From the human T2T-CHM13v2.0 reference genome, Homo sapiens, in NCBI RefSeq assembly GCF_009914755.1, contig NC_060930.1: DNA of 64,000 nt; one strand, 5' to 3'. Below are positions 13,376-28,088 of the stretch, in pieces. A program made the position numbers and the translations under genes. The notes under the pieces were generated by a model. It saw only the letters and a program-made list of their open reading frames with translations, ran no database searches and was not told the DNA's origin. Numbering within the stretch: the stretch's first letter is position 1; each line of letters begins with the position of its first letter.

Positions 13376-15667
13376 ATTAAACCTAGGAACAAAGTAGTTT
13401 ATCTATCTAATCTATATGTATGACTACTATTTGTCTTTTAAAGTGGAGAAACGAATATGTCCTTGTAATTATAAGGTGACTTAGCTATTTAGAGTCACAT
13501 CTAGCATTTGCATCAAGGTGAGTTTGTCTCAAAAGCTCTGTTCTAGTGCCCCACTCAAGAACAGATATTGTCAAATTTGTAAAAGATATTTTAACTGGAA
13601 TAGACTTGATTTTTATTGCTGATTTAATCTATTACAAACTATTGCTTTTCTATTCTAAGCTGTTGTAAAAATTATTGCTTTAATATGATCACTTAATAAG
13701 CATTAAATGCCCCAATCCTATCTGCTAAAAATTGTTTGGCATGTTTAATTGATCACAAGGATTTGAATAGCACTCTTATCTTTTCAAGTATCTTCAAGAA
13801 ATTCTTATTTTCAGCAGGGCATGTTGAGGAAACATAAAGCTTACATTTTTTATTCCTGATGTCTTCTCATCACTTCCAACAGTAGCCACTGAGTCAAAGC
13901 AGTTGCTCTCTTTCCTTACTTTTTCTAAAGCTCTCCCTCTATATTAGCTGTGTCTGAGATTGCAGGCAGTTAAAATCCAACATTTGGCACACTGAAAAAG
14001 GGGCTATGTGATAGGGCCTCCAACTGAAATGTGATGAATTATTAAACAGGTAGTTTGTTGGGTGATTGAAAATTACCTGTGAAAGAGTGCTTATCTCCTT
14101 GAGGCACATCGAAAGCTGACGGAATTGAGCCAATTAGACTGACTGTCTCTTCAATGAGTTGTGACCTATCAATGGTAATAGCTTATTATGATGATAAATG
14201 AACCCATCTCTCAAACTGAAGCCTGAGTACACACTTCAGCAGTTGCCTTGAATCATGAGGCCATTGCCTCTCAACTTCAGATCGACAGCAGTGACAGCCA
14301 CAGGAGCAGAGAGCATGCATGACTAGACACAGATGATTGTTTTACTCAGATGAATATATTTACAGCTATTTCCAAAGAAACGGGCCCTTCTTTTGCATTG
14401 TGTATTCGTATCTGAAATAGTTACCATATGACGTTTCCTTCATTAGGAAGAGAACCCCTCCCTGGCTGTAGCATTCTGAAATAACTGGATTTTGAAGGTC
14501 TTTTTTTTTTCTTCACTTTTTGTTTATTGTTTACAATGTTTTAATTTCTCATTCTTGTGAGTAATAACTCAACTCCTGGTTAAGTAAAATTTCAGAATAA
14601 AAATATTGTTTTATAGTAAAGATGCTTGTAATATCAAAACAAGTATGTTTTTAAAAAATTAATTTCATCCTATTACATTTCACATTTTATATTTGATGTG
14701 GGTTGGAGGAGCCCCTTAGAGATTCTTTTTTCTTTGTAGAGAAGTTTTGTAGAGATCAATAGTGTAAGAATCATACAAGTGTAAATAGTTTTGTTTCCTT
14801 TTAATTTTTCAAAATATTTGAAAATTCTTTAAGTAGTTACTGAAATTTGGTAAGTTCCATGTGCTGCTATATTGATACATTTTGTTTTAGAAGAATTAGG
14901 AGCAAAAGGGTTATTTTTATAATGAAATACAATCTTCCAGTTCCTAATAAGTATTAGACACCTGTTAGCTGCCAACTTCCCAAAAATACCCCTGAGGAAA
15001 AAAAAAACCTGTTGGTCAAGAAAGTTCACGAAGTTATTACAGTAAACAAGAACATCACCTTGATATTCTTAGTAATGTCTCAGAAGGTGAGGGTCAGGGG
15101 AAGATATTTACAGGCTTTAGGGAAAAGGCTGGTTGATTTCAAGGCAAATCTTGAGTGAGAGGGAACTGGTTGGGATTCTGCAGGGTTTATTATATAATAG
15201 TTTTGGATTTGTCACCAGAGTGAACAAACATTGAAGAACATGTTATGAGTCTATAAGGAAGTTAGCTTAGATGGATCACAGAGCAGACAAGGTTTTCTTG
15301 GAGATTGCTCACAGCATTCTTAAAATAGGGGGTGGACATTTTTCTTACTCCCAGCATTATTTAGCACAGGAAAGGAAATTGTGTTAGCGTTAGAAGAAAT
15401 TGTGTTTGCTTTAGTTCTTACAGACAATATATTTACTTAATCTTCTGTGACACTGTTTCTTAATGTATAAAATGAAAATAATATGAATACCTACTTTATA
15501 GTGTTATTTTGAGGGTTAAATGAGTTAACACATATGCAGTACTCAAGATGGTGTCTGAAAATGATAAGCATTTGGTATTAGCTATTATTATTAACTCCAA
15601 CTGGGCTTAATTTGAGGTCAGGCATTATTTTGTTGAAATTTTAGAAAGACTCCCCTCACACATAAAC

Positions 15668-16045
15668 AGACAGAAAGAGAGAGAGGAAGAAAGAAGAAAA
15701 GAGAGAGATAGAGAGAGGCAGAAAGAGAAAAAGAAAGAAAGAGAGAAAGAAAAGGAAGAGAAAGAAAGAAAGAGAAAGAAAGAGAAAGAAAGGAGGAAGG
15801 AAAGAAGAGAGGGAGAAAGAATGGAAGAAAGAAAGAAAGAAGAAAGAAAGAAGGAAGGAAGAGAGGGAGAAAGAAAGAGAAAGAGAAGGAAAGAAAGAAA
15901 AAGGAAGGAAGGAAGGAAAAGGGAGGGAGGGAGGGAAGGAAGGAGGGAGGGAGGAAGGAAGGAAGAGGAAGCAGGGAGGGCAAGGAAAGGAAAACAATGG
16001 AAAGAATAAAGAAATAAATGCAGCAGGAAAGGAAAAAGAATAGGA
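15668..16045. repeat. GA-rich low-complexity polypurine tract (~380 bp)
   Basis: Mixed GAAA/GGAA/GAGA units. Gives the spurious F/L/S/P and E/R/K ORFs. Confidence 0.93.
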
Positions 16046-16911
16046 AGAATTTGCTCATATCTGTCTAATTTTTAGGGTATTTTGATATACAAAGTAACTG
16101 ACTGTCAGGACCTGTCTTAGAGATGATCTGGTAGGACAGTAAATGGCTTTTCTTTCCAGTTTTCATCTGGGACTGGGTTTGAAGTGATCATCAGCCTCAG
16201 TGTTCTGGAAATAAGTCATTTATAATGAAATGGAACTGGAAATAACCCACAGACAAAAAGCTTTGCAAGCCATTGAAGTTCCCCTAGGCCATTTACTGCC
16301 TTAAGCTCGTTTTTACTCATACTGCAGGAAAAAAAAGAGTGAGTAGGGAGGTGGTGTTCTTATATCACATAATTTTAAATTAAGATGTGATGGTTTTATA
16401 TAAAAGCAAAAATGCTTTATTTTGCTTTTTTTGTTCAAGACAAGTACAGGGATGAAATGTAAATATGTTAATATCTAATCTTAAGTCTGCTCTTGATCCG
16501 AAACTCTTTTGAAACTTTACCTAGAAAATGATAGAGCAATTTAATGTGTCTCACAATCTAGCAGAGATTTGGAGGGTGATGGATAGAATAAGGGCTTAAC
16601 ACAAGAAATAATTTCTGTTGTACAAAGCTCATGAGCTTCATGCATGGTGAAAGATATTTAGGCTAAAGAAAATGTTAACTATGCAGGGAATGAAACTCGT
16701 GACAGCTTGATCCCATAAAACTCAGCAAGGATGAGGTTTGACTCTGCATCCCTGATTTATATAGTACAGTATGTTTATTTAAAGGAGATAAGCCAGGTTA
16801 AGGGGTTCAGCAAAACTGTTAAATTAACTCCTTTAAAAATCTAGTTATTGCTATGAAAGTCTCTCAAGTGCGGTGCTCAGGCTTTTTTGCATCAGTCATC
16901 TGGAGTCTTTA

Positions 16912-17295
<384 letters not shown>

Positions 17296-20259
17296 TTAAT
17301 CAGCTCCCCAAGTGATTATTTACCCATAAGAATTTGGGGGGCACTCTTTTATGACTACTTTTTTAAATTACTGATGATTAATTATCTGCAGATAGTTCCC
17401 TAGACTTTGACTTTCCAAGGCTTTAAAAAAACAAACAAACAAAAAAACCTGCAGTATGCTTTTAGTCTGAATTCAGGGATTGACTTTCTTATCCAATAGT
17501 CTATCCTGTACAAGGGAACCCTAAAATAACCTCGTTAGCCACCACCAAAGACTATGTAAATACAAATTTATTTATCAATCTCATTAGAAACCGAACCACG
17601 CATGTGCACGCACACACACACACACACACCACACCAACCACACATTTACATTGGAATAAAATGAATCTTAGAAAGCAGCTATTTTTAAAGAAACAGGAAG
17701 TCTAACATGTACTGCCATTAATTTGGAATGGGAGAGAAAGGAGACTTGGCAGAACCAGAATATTGCGTGAGGATTGAAGATAGCTTCAGATTCTAGAAGA
17801 GTTTCTAGCTCTTTCTGAATATGTGTTAACAGTTTCGCTGTTTGAGCTCTGCTACCCACTAGCCAGTTATAAACACAGGTAAGACCCTTAACTTCACAGG
17901 GCCTGTTGGGAAGAGGTTATAATTTTTTAGCAACAGAACCTGTTTTTCAAACAAAATCCTAATTAGAACACCCAAAAACAAACAAAATAAAGGATTCAAA
18001 TGGGTGACATGGCCAGTCCTGGTTACAGTATGAGACAGATGCCGGTTACGGTGGGCAACAGAACAGATGCTGGCTACAGTGGTCGACAGAGTTCATTTTA
18101 GTTCAAGCAGAAGGTAGGGCTGGTGCTTGTTACAGTGGCCAGTAGGCCTGGTTTCTGGTTATAGCACATGGCAGAGTTAGGAGCTCTACCTACATTATGT
18201 CCCCACGGCCTCATCTGTGGTTTCCCCATAAGAAAACTACCTTTTGGGAAAACATGATACAAACAGATCAGGTGAATTAGAAGGTCTCCTGCAGATTTAA
18301 AATTTTATGAATATAATGCCAAATATAATCTTACACTCAGTTGACTACTAATAATAAATAACCCTACAAAATATGGTAAAGTGACTCCATGACAACAATT
18401 GAAAAGAAAATAATTGCACTCAGCTGAGCTATTGTCCATATCTAGATGCACTGATGATACACAAACCCAGCCACAGAAAATGTGGCATGTGTCAGAGCAA
18501 AGCAACTAGAATGATTCAAGACACTGAACAGCCAGTGTTCAAGCTACGTAATTTCTTACCTATATTACAGGAAAAAACCATCTAACTCTTTTTCTACCTC
18601 CAACCTCCCTCCTCTGAAATGTTATTCACATACCTGGTGGAGAAGAATCTTTATAAAACTCAAATTTGATTACCTTAGTCCTCTGCTTAAAATTTCAGTG
18701 TCTTTCAATGAAAGCTCAGAGACCATTCTGGACTTATAACTCCCTTGCAGCTCAGAAGGGACCCGTGGTCCAGTAATTAAAATGCCCGTGGTAAGTGTTC
18801 AATGCTCTCTCATGCTTTTCTTCTCACAATGTCCCTTCAGTACGGGATTTCTTTCTACCATTTTCCTGAGTAATTACCTTCTAGTCATCATTCAAAAAGC
18901 ATTTAAGCATTGAATTCTATAGGAAATGTTTCTAATCACCCTATCCCCCAGCTCTGGCTGAGTTAGGCCTTCTCTGCACAATTCCCATGAAAGCACCTAC
19001 CACCCAGCAGGCAGAAATATCCCTCTTTGACTTTCTCACTAAACTGCAAATTCCTGGTGAGTGACAACTGGATTCTATTCTTCTTCTAACCTCTAGAACC
19101 TAGCAGATTGCTTTGGAGACCTTAGGAACTTAATAATTCTTTGTTGAGTGAATAAAGGGATGCTTTTTGTGGACAGCAGTTATTTCTGTTTACACAAAAG
19201 ATAAGAGAAAATACAGGTAAAATTATCCTAAATTTTAAAAAATTTGAAACTTACAAAAAGTGTTGGATTTAAGTTCCTTTGTCTGTCTGGATTTCCGAAA
19301 TATTTTTAAAAGATTTTTTCTGGGATCATTTAAGGCCTCATCTGTTCAGAACCAAGGGGAGGACCGAAATAGTATGCCAAATTCTTTTCCAGCCCTCAAA
19401 TTTTATGAGCCTGAGTTGCATTGTGTGGGTAAAAGTCTTGTGCTCTGTGGATCAGGAGGAAGTTAGATGTTTTGGATATTTACATAGAAACAAAGAATTT
19501 GAAGACTGGAAAGAACTTGAGCAGGACTCTATTAAATGTGTTTTGTGTGAGATGGTTTTCACCCTGTGTTCTTGTGGTTCCTCCATGCTAGGGGCAGGAG
19601 GTAGGATGGAGCAGATAGGGAGTCTCTTTTCCTCTTAAACCGGATGTTTTTTTTAAAATCAGTTTTATATGTTGAGAGTCCATGGAATGGAATGTGGAAA
19701 CTGAGACCCTGAAAGATTAAGTCACTTGAACAAAGATATACAGCTTCTCCAGAGACCAGGCAGACACTAGGTTTATGATTTCCTGACTTCCACTGCAGAT
19801 CTCTTACCATTTTTCTATGAGAGTCATAAAAAAAGAATCAGCTATTTACTTTCTAGTCAAGGTGGGTTAAAATCAAGCCACTTGTTTTCAAACATCGATT
19901 TCGGGTTCATGCCATCAAATTAAAAAATTCACTTAACTGAGTTTAATTTGCTTTCACTTAGGAAGCAGCTGCCTTTCAAGATAATAAAATAAACAGATAC
20001 AATAATATTTGGTCAGCTGTGGCTTTTAATTTAAATGTTTGATTTAATGTTGTTTAGTTTGCTGGATTCCAAAATATTCTCTGCAAGAGAAGCATACACA
20101 TTCTAAAGCATTTCAAATGTTTATTATGATGTCCTAGAGGTGGCTGTCTTTCTGTTGCTGTGCATACCCTGAGCAGACTTGACATTGCTTTGGAAGCACA
20201 TATTTTCTGATAGACATATTACTCTCATAATCTAAAATTTTTCAGAAGTGACAAAAGTG

Positions 20260-22320
20260 GGGTTGACCATTTTCTTCTTCGCTGTCTCCATGATTTTGCT
20301 TTTTCCAAGATGTCATGTAGTTAGAATCATACAATGTGTTGTCTTTTCAGGTTGGCTTTTTTCACTTAGCAATATGCCTGTAAGGTTCCGCCATGTCTTT
20401 TCTTGCCTTGATAATTCATTTCTTTTTAGCTCTGAATACTATTTTGTTGTCTGGATATAACCACAGTTGAATTATCCATTTACCTCCTGAAAAACATCCT
20501 GCTTGCTACCATGTTCTGGCAATATGAATCAAGCTGCTATAAACACTTATGTGATAAGTCTTGTGTGGATATAAATATTCAACTTATTTGGGTAAATACC
20601 AAAGAGTGCAATTACTGGATCATATGGTCAGAGCATGCTAGTTTTGTAATAAACTGCCAAACTATCTTCCAATATGGTTGTATAATTTTGCATTCTCACC
20701 AGCAATGAACAAGAGTTCCTGTTTCTCCACATTCTCACCAGCATTTCATATTGTCAATGTTTTAGACATCAGCTATTCTAATAGATATGTAGTGGTATAT
20801 CGTTGTTTTAATTTGAAATTCTCTAATGATGTAAGATGATGAGCATGTTTTCATGTGCTTATTTTCCATCTGTATATAAGCTTTGCTGAGGTATCTGTTT
20901 AGATTTTTTCCAATTTTTAAATTTATTTTCTTGTTGTTGAGATTTAAGAGTTCTTTGTATGTTTTGGACCATATCAGGTATATCTTTTGCAAATATTTTC
21001 TTGCAAATGGTAGTTTCTCTTATTCTCTTCACAGTGTCTTTCACAGAGAAGATGATTTTTAATTTTAATAAAATCTAAAATGAATTTTTATTTCATGGAT
21101 CTTGACTTTAGTGTTATATATAAAGAGTTACTGCAAACTCAGGGTTATTTAGATTTTCTTCTATGTTATCTTCCAAGAGTCATAGTTTTGCATTTTATAT
21201 GATCCATTTTGAGGTCTATGATCCATTTTGTGTTAATTTTTGTGAGGGTCTATATCTGCATTTATGTATTTTTTCACAAGTTATCTCAGTCAATTTTCTG
21301 TTGCTATAACAGAATACCTGAGACTAGGTAATTTATAAAGGAGAGAGTTCTATTTAGCTTGTGATCCTGGGAGCTTGACTAGGAGATCCAAGTTAGGACA
21401 GGTGCATTTGGTCAAGTTCTGGTGAGAGTCTTGTGCTGCATCTTAACATGGTGGAGAAGTGGAAGAAAAAGTGGGCATGTGCAAAATGACCAAACACAAG
21501 AGGGAGCCTTCCTTTTTAACAACCCACCCTCGAGGTAGCTAATCCAGTCCTACAAGAGCAAGAACTCACTCTAAGAAAGGTATTAATTCCTTTTTAAAAA
21601 CCTAATCACCTCTCCAAGGCACCACCTCTCAACATCACCCCATTAGGAACCAAACCTCACTATGGATTTTGATTGTGACAAACCATATTCTAACCATAAC
21701 ACAAATGATGTCCAGTTTTTCTAGTGCCATTTGTTGAAAACACTTTCCTTTCTTCATTGAATTCCCTTTGCTCCTTTGTGAAAGATCAGATGGCCATATT
21801 CATGCGGGTGTATTTCTGGGCTGGCTATTCTGTTCCATTGATCTAAGTGACTTTTTTCTCACCAGTACTATATTGTCTTGATAACTATAGTTTTATACTA
21901 AGTCTTGAAGTTGGGTAGTGTTAGCTTTACAAGTTTGTTCAATATTATTTAATGATGTGTTGGCTGTTCTTGGTCTTTCCTCTCCATATAAATTTTAGAA
22001 TCAGTGTGTTGATATCCAAAAAATAACTTGCTGGGATTTTGACTGGGATTACCTTGAATCTACACAAATTGGGAAGAACTGACATCCTACCTTGAGTCTT
22101 CCTATTTATGGACATGGAATACCTCTCCATTTATTTAATTTTTCTTTGATTTCTTTCACTGGAGTTTTATAGTTTTCCTCATATAGATTTTGTACATAAT
22201 TTGTTAGATTTATATTGAAGTGTTTTGTGGAGCATGCTAGTATAAATGGTCTTGTGTTTTTAACTTCACATTCCAATTTTCTTTGCTAATATATAGGAAA
22301 GCAATTGACTTTTATACCAC
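20260..22320 (-). mobile_element. Old L1M (MB/MC-like) ORF2/3' region, antisense
   Basis: Minus-strand ORF remnants such as [24 protein letters not shown] and RFKVIPVKIPASYF...ILKFIW resemble L1 ORF2. Confidence 0.8.
21283..21701 (-). mobile_element. MaLR solo LTR (MST-like) nested in the L1M
   Basis: ttgctataacagaatacctgagactaggtaatttataaag ... cctaatcacctctccaaggcaccacctctcaac ... aaccataaca. Confidence 0.75.
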
Positions 22321-24116
22321 CTTTTTCTTCAGACAGATGGAATCAAGTGACTTAGAAATTGGCTTTGTTGCTCTGCCTGAGTATCTTGAAAATTCTCATC
22401 TTCCTTCTGAGAACCATAACCTACATATCTCAAGGTTATAGATAAAATGCTACCTACAAAATCCTTGTAATGCTTACAGTCTAAAAGACTAAATAAGGCC
22501 TCAAGAGATTATTCAAAATCAGAGTTGTTGATTCCCAGTAGAGTCATAAAGGGCTATGTTATGTTAGCTGCAATTCTAATCCTATATCAAAGCTTCTGAC
22601 TTCCACTCCCCCATATCTAAGGAGGTTTCCCTCAACAGTTGAAAAATAACTGCAGATACTGCTTTGCCATCCCATGCCACAAAAATGCATTTCTGAAGGA
22701 TGCTGCAGAGAGATATATATTTCTTAAGCCCAGCTCATATCTATTTCTCAAGGCTGTGTGATATCATAGAATGAATGATGGAGTCAAATAAATAAATATT
22801 TATTTATTTATTTATCAGTCAAATAAATCTGATTTAATTTTTTAGAACTTAACATTTAGTAGCTGTGAGATCTTACAGAGATTTCTTCACCTTGTATCCT
22901 TTGTCACTTTATCTATAAAATGGAGAGTGTAAATACTACTTCTTAGAGTTATCATGATTCTTTAATCTAATAACTCATGAGACACTGGATATGTAATAGG
23001 AACTGAATAATTCTTAACCCCCTTGCTTTCCCTTGACATTTCCAGAAAATAAAACTTGATTGAGTATCTAAGATTATATAACAGATCCCACTAGACTAAG
23101 TGAATCTGAGGGAAGATGTATTTGTCACTTTTCTTCTCTTCTTTGGTTTTTAAAAAGTATCATTAGAAATAGAATCAGTAACTATAAACAAATTTCTGTG
23201 TACTGATCCAGTATTAACAGAGAAAATAATGGTTGACTGTGCCTTACTGTGCAAGGCAAAAATGAGCTCAAGATATTATCAAAGTCATGAATCAGAAAGA
23301 GAATTTCGTTTTACAAATGATGGATAGCCACAAAACAACTAGGACATACAATCTCTGATTACACAACTGCAGTCTATAGCTACATTCTGCAGATTAAACA
23401 CCACAGTAGAGATGGAAACTTTATTGTTTATATTTTATGAAAACTGTTCTCTTTTGTTTTTATGTCAGTTTGAGAGTAGAAGAATATCCTTGAGGGCAAA
23501 ACATGCCTTTCATACATTAGAGCTGCCTAGAGCATAGTCTGGCACATTATATAAATATTAAATAATTCCTATAATTAAACTGATGTTCTTTGGAATGAGG
23601 ATGGAGACACATAGTTATCTGAATTGCCTTAAGCTAGTTTTGCAATAAGTAGATTTTTACTATTCTAGAATATGTAATGAATGAATCATGCTATGTTACA
23701 AGTAAGTATTAATTAATGGTTGAAGTACAAAAACATCTTCCTTGAATTATATGATAATCTACATCACAGTGAAAGGAATTTATCATGACAAATGCTAGTC
23801 AATGTTGAATCACAGAGGGCTATATGAGATCCATTTTCATTCTTAAAGAAAATTATTATATCTTTTTATTAATATGGTGAATATTAACTCAGTAAATAAT
23901 AAAGAAAACTAATATGAAGTACAATTTGTAATATTCTACTTATGATGCATGATTTTTGTTGCACAATTAGAAAATACTTAAGTTCTTGAGAATAGTTGGA
24001 AAGGGTTGTAATGATCAGAAACACATATTATACCTAAACATGTATTAAGACCTTGTTTTAAAAATTAGATCTTGGAGCAAGAAGGTAAGCTGTATCATTA
24101 CGTTCTTAGAATACAG

Positions 24117-24458
<342 letters not shown>

Positions 24459-26384
24459 CTATTTTTAGAATCTCAAACCCATGAGTTACTTTCTTCCATA
24501 TATAAGTCCCAACATGTTTTCTATAATCAGTCTATGTCTATTAGATGTGTAATTATATTAATTATGTAAATGCACATGAATACCAAATTATTTGGTTAAT
24601 CTTCGAATTTCTTTTAGCAATTATATACTCTCCTCCAGGTTAGATTGAGCTTTCCCTTCAACTCAGAGAAATCAGTGTCAACAGGCTACCTTCTGTAAGA
24701 CTACCAGAGAGCTATGCATTACTCTGTACAAAGGATATTTCTCCTATAAATAGTGCTTTCAATAGAGAAAATCTGTTATCATGTTGTCAGTAAATTCAAA
24801 TATTTTCTCTTTTGGAATACTCTGTTCCTATTAAAACAAGAGCTGTTTCCTTCTTTGAAACAAGTTATTTATATTTATGTGGTTAAGATATCCTATCTTA
24901 AACCATAAGACCTTTTTGAATACTTCACATACAGAAAAATGAAAAAAATTAAACAAATATCAGAGTTGCTGGGAACCCCAGGATATAATCTACTGTGGAT
25001 AGTCATTCATAGACAAAGACACCTCCTATTTATAGGCTTGGGACAGTTCAGCTTCTCCAACTTGAAGAGAGTTTTGAAGATCAAATACAAATGGGTCTTG
25101 TGAAGTTTCAAAAAATGTTTCTCAAAGTCCTTTGAGAAAAATAAACTTGGGCCTGTAGCCAATAGTTTGTATTCCAGGCTTTTAAAAAAAATTCAAATAC
25201 AGAAACATCAGATTTTCATTGCCATAGGGGTCATGACATATTTTAACATAAGTGCAGAAACTATCTGTAATGAATCAAAACTTAAATCAGATGACATTAA
25301 GACCAGCTTTGCTATTACCACAGATGGCATCACAATTAACTTTTAATATATCAAAAATGTGAGTGTACTCATATATTATCAGTCATTTGATCATGATATT
25401 CCAACATTAACATCTCAGTGTATTGTGAAAATGATTCATTTGTACAATATTTTTCTTCTTCTAGACTTTTAATTTCTTGAAGGAAGGAACGCATTTTACT
25501 CATCTTGTAGTGACCCTCCCTGTACATGTTGCCTGAGACATAATAACTATTCAAAAATGTTTACAGTATTCAATGAAATTATATAAATCTTGGTTTAAAA
25601 AGCTTGATATACAATGAAACATACTTGGGCAAATTATAAAGCTGTTCCTGAGAATGAGCTAATACATATTTAGTTGTTAAAATTCTGAGGGGAAAATGTA
25701 AATTAGATGTGAACTACCTCTACAATATAAGATAGCAGTAGGCTGTAAGTTAAAATAATCATTTTTCTCATTTTTCAGTAACATTCATTAAATGCCTGAT
25801 ACAATTCTGTACTTTCTGAAAATTGACTATAATAAAGAAATCCTGGCCATTATAAAATTGTCATCCACTCATAGGTAGAATAAATGAGAGAATTATGGTG
25901 ATCTAAATATAGAAAGCATTTAAATTAGAGAACAGCTGAAATTGTGCTTCTAAAACATTTCAGTGTTGCTCATTTTCTATATGTTACATTGAAAAAAGTA
26001 ATATGGAAATGTAATGTTTTCATTTGCAGATGCTTAAATTTAGATACATGTTTAATACTGTAATCATTTTGATCAAACAGCAGCTATCATTTATTATTCA
26101 ATATTTATATGTAAAACCTGAAACTTTCATCTACCTTAATGATGGTATTGTGATAAAAGTACCCATGTATCACCAAGCTTTGCCAATTCTTTTTATTCCT
26201 TAAAGAATATCCGACAATTTGCTGGTTTGTATAAGTTTGAGTTAAGACACCGTAATAATGTCCTGCAGTATATATGTCAAAATACATGGGTCAAAAAGAC
26301 ACTCTAAAATAGCAGTCTCCAAGAACCCAGGAAGTATGTGATCCATAGGAGTGTACATATTTTATTTTCTTTAAAAAATAAGAC

Positions 26385-27200
26385 AGACACTTCTCAAAAG
26401 AAGACATTTATACAGCCAAAAAACACATGAAAAAATGCTCACCATCACTGGCCATCAGAGAAATGCAAATCAAAACCACAATGAGATACCATCTCACACC
26501 AATTAGAATGGCAGTCATTAAAAAGTCAGGAAACAACAGATGCTGGAGAGGATGTGGAGAAATAGGAACACTTTTACACTGTTGGTGGGACTGTAAACTA
26601 GTTCAACCATTGTGGAAGTCAGTGTGGTGATTCCTCAGGGATCTAGAACTTGAAATACCATTTGACCCAGCCATCCCATTACTGGGTATGTACCCAAAGG
26701 ACTATAAATCATGCTGCTATAAAGACACATGCACACGTATGTTTATTGTGGCACTATTCACAATAGCAAAGACTTGGAACCAACCCAAATGTCCAACAAT
26801 GATAGACTGGATTAAGAAAATGTGGCACATATACACCATGGAATACTATGCAGCCATAAAAAATGATGAGTTCATGTCCTTTGTAGGGACATGGATGAAA
26901 TTGGAAATCATCATTCTCAGTAAACTATCACAAGGACAAAAAACCAAACACCGCATGTTCTCACTCATAGGTGGGAATTGAACAATGAGAACACATGGAC
27001 ACAGGAAGGGGAACATCACACTCTGGGGACTGTTGTGGGGTGGGGGGGAGGGGGGAGAGATAGCATTAGGAGATGCTAAATGACGAGTTAATGGGTGCAG
27101 CACACCAGCATGGCACATGTATACATATGTAACTAACTGGCACATGGTGCACATGTACCCTAAAACTTAAAGTATAATAATAATAAAATAAAAATAAAAT
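26385..27200 (+). mobile_element. 5'-truncated L1PA3-like element (ORF2 C-terminus plus 3' UTR)
   Basis: Encodes L1 ORF2 C-terminal peptides ([23 protein letters not shown]..., ...HRMFSLIGGN), G-rich 3' UTR tract and A-rich tail. TSD AAAATAAGAC at 26375-26384 and 27201-27210. Confidence 0.93.
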
Positions 27201-28088
27201 AAAATAAGACCATTAAAAAAAAGTTCATCGTATGGATTGACACTGGGCTGCTCCCTGGTGGAGTACCAGCTCAAGATGTTTTGAGGAAAAAATTTGCATT
27301 TACCAAGTGGGAGGATTTATAGTGGTGATTTCACTTGTTCATTGATTTAGACATATGAAATATTATATTTTTTGCACAACTAAGTTGGCTTTCAGATTAT
27401 ATGACCATATTTTTAACTAAATGAAGCTTTGCTGAATAAATACATGACTTAATATATTCCTTCAAAAAACATATAGTGAAATAATATTAACTACACAAAG
27501 ATAAGCAATGAGCAAAAAAACACTAGTGCTTACCACTGCTCTTGGTAAGAGCTTTCCTTCAGGCACAAAATGAGATAAAAGTAATGACAAGGTAAAACTG
27601 GATGAAAATTGGTCAACAAGTGAGGAATTAACTGCCTTGCAAAAGCAGTTTTTATTATACAGAAACCATTTTGAAAGCAGTTATTCAGAAAGTTTCTATC
27701 AGTATATGATTTGTAGCTCAAATTATTGTTGGTCTATCAATCACAAATACTATTTTCTGCATAATATAGCTAGAAAATATAATTATCTAACTTATTTTTA
27801 AAGTCTTCTAAACATGAAGTTTCAGTGAGCTTTGAAGCTTTTTGTTAAATATGTTAAAATGTCATACTTTCCAAATAGTTTCCAATTATAACCAATTAGC
27901 ATCAGAAAATTTATTAGCCAAATTTCACCAAGAACCTAATTTGTGAGAGAATTGAAAAATGAGTACCATAATTTAGTATGCTCAGCCACTGATGTAATGC
28001 TTATAATGGGACCTGTGTATTTTTTGTCTGTGCTGTATCTCTTTTCAGCTGTGAAAACTATTATTACTAAGTATTAAAACAAACTGAG

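Noticed and set aside
15618-16058. F/L/S/P-rich 'membrane-like' and E/R/K-rich ORFs
   Set aside because: Translations of the GA-rich low-complexity tract. The same applies to 13144-13392, 51097-51285 and 58132-58317.
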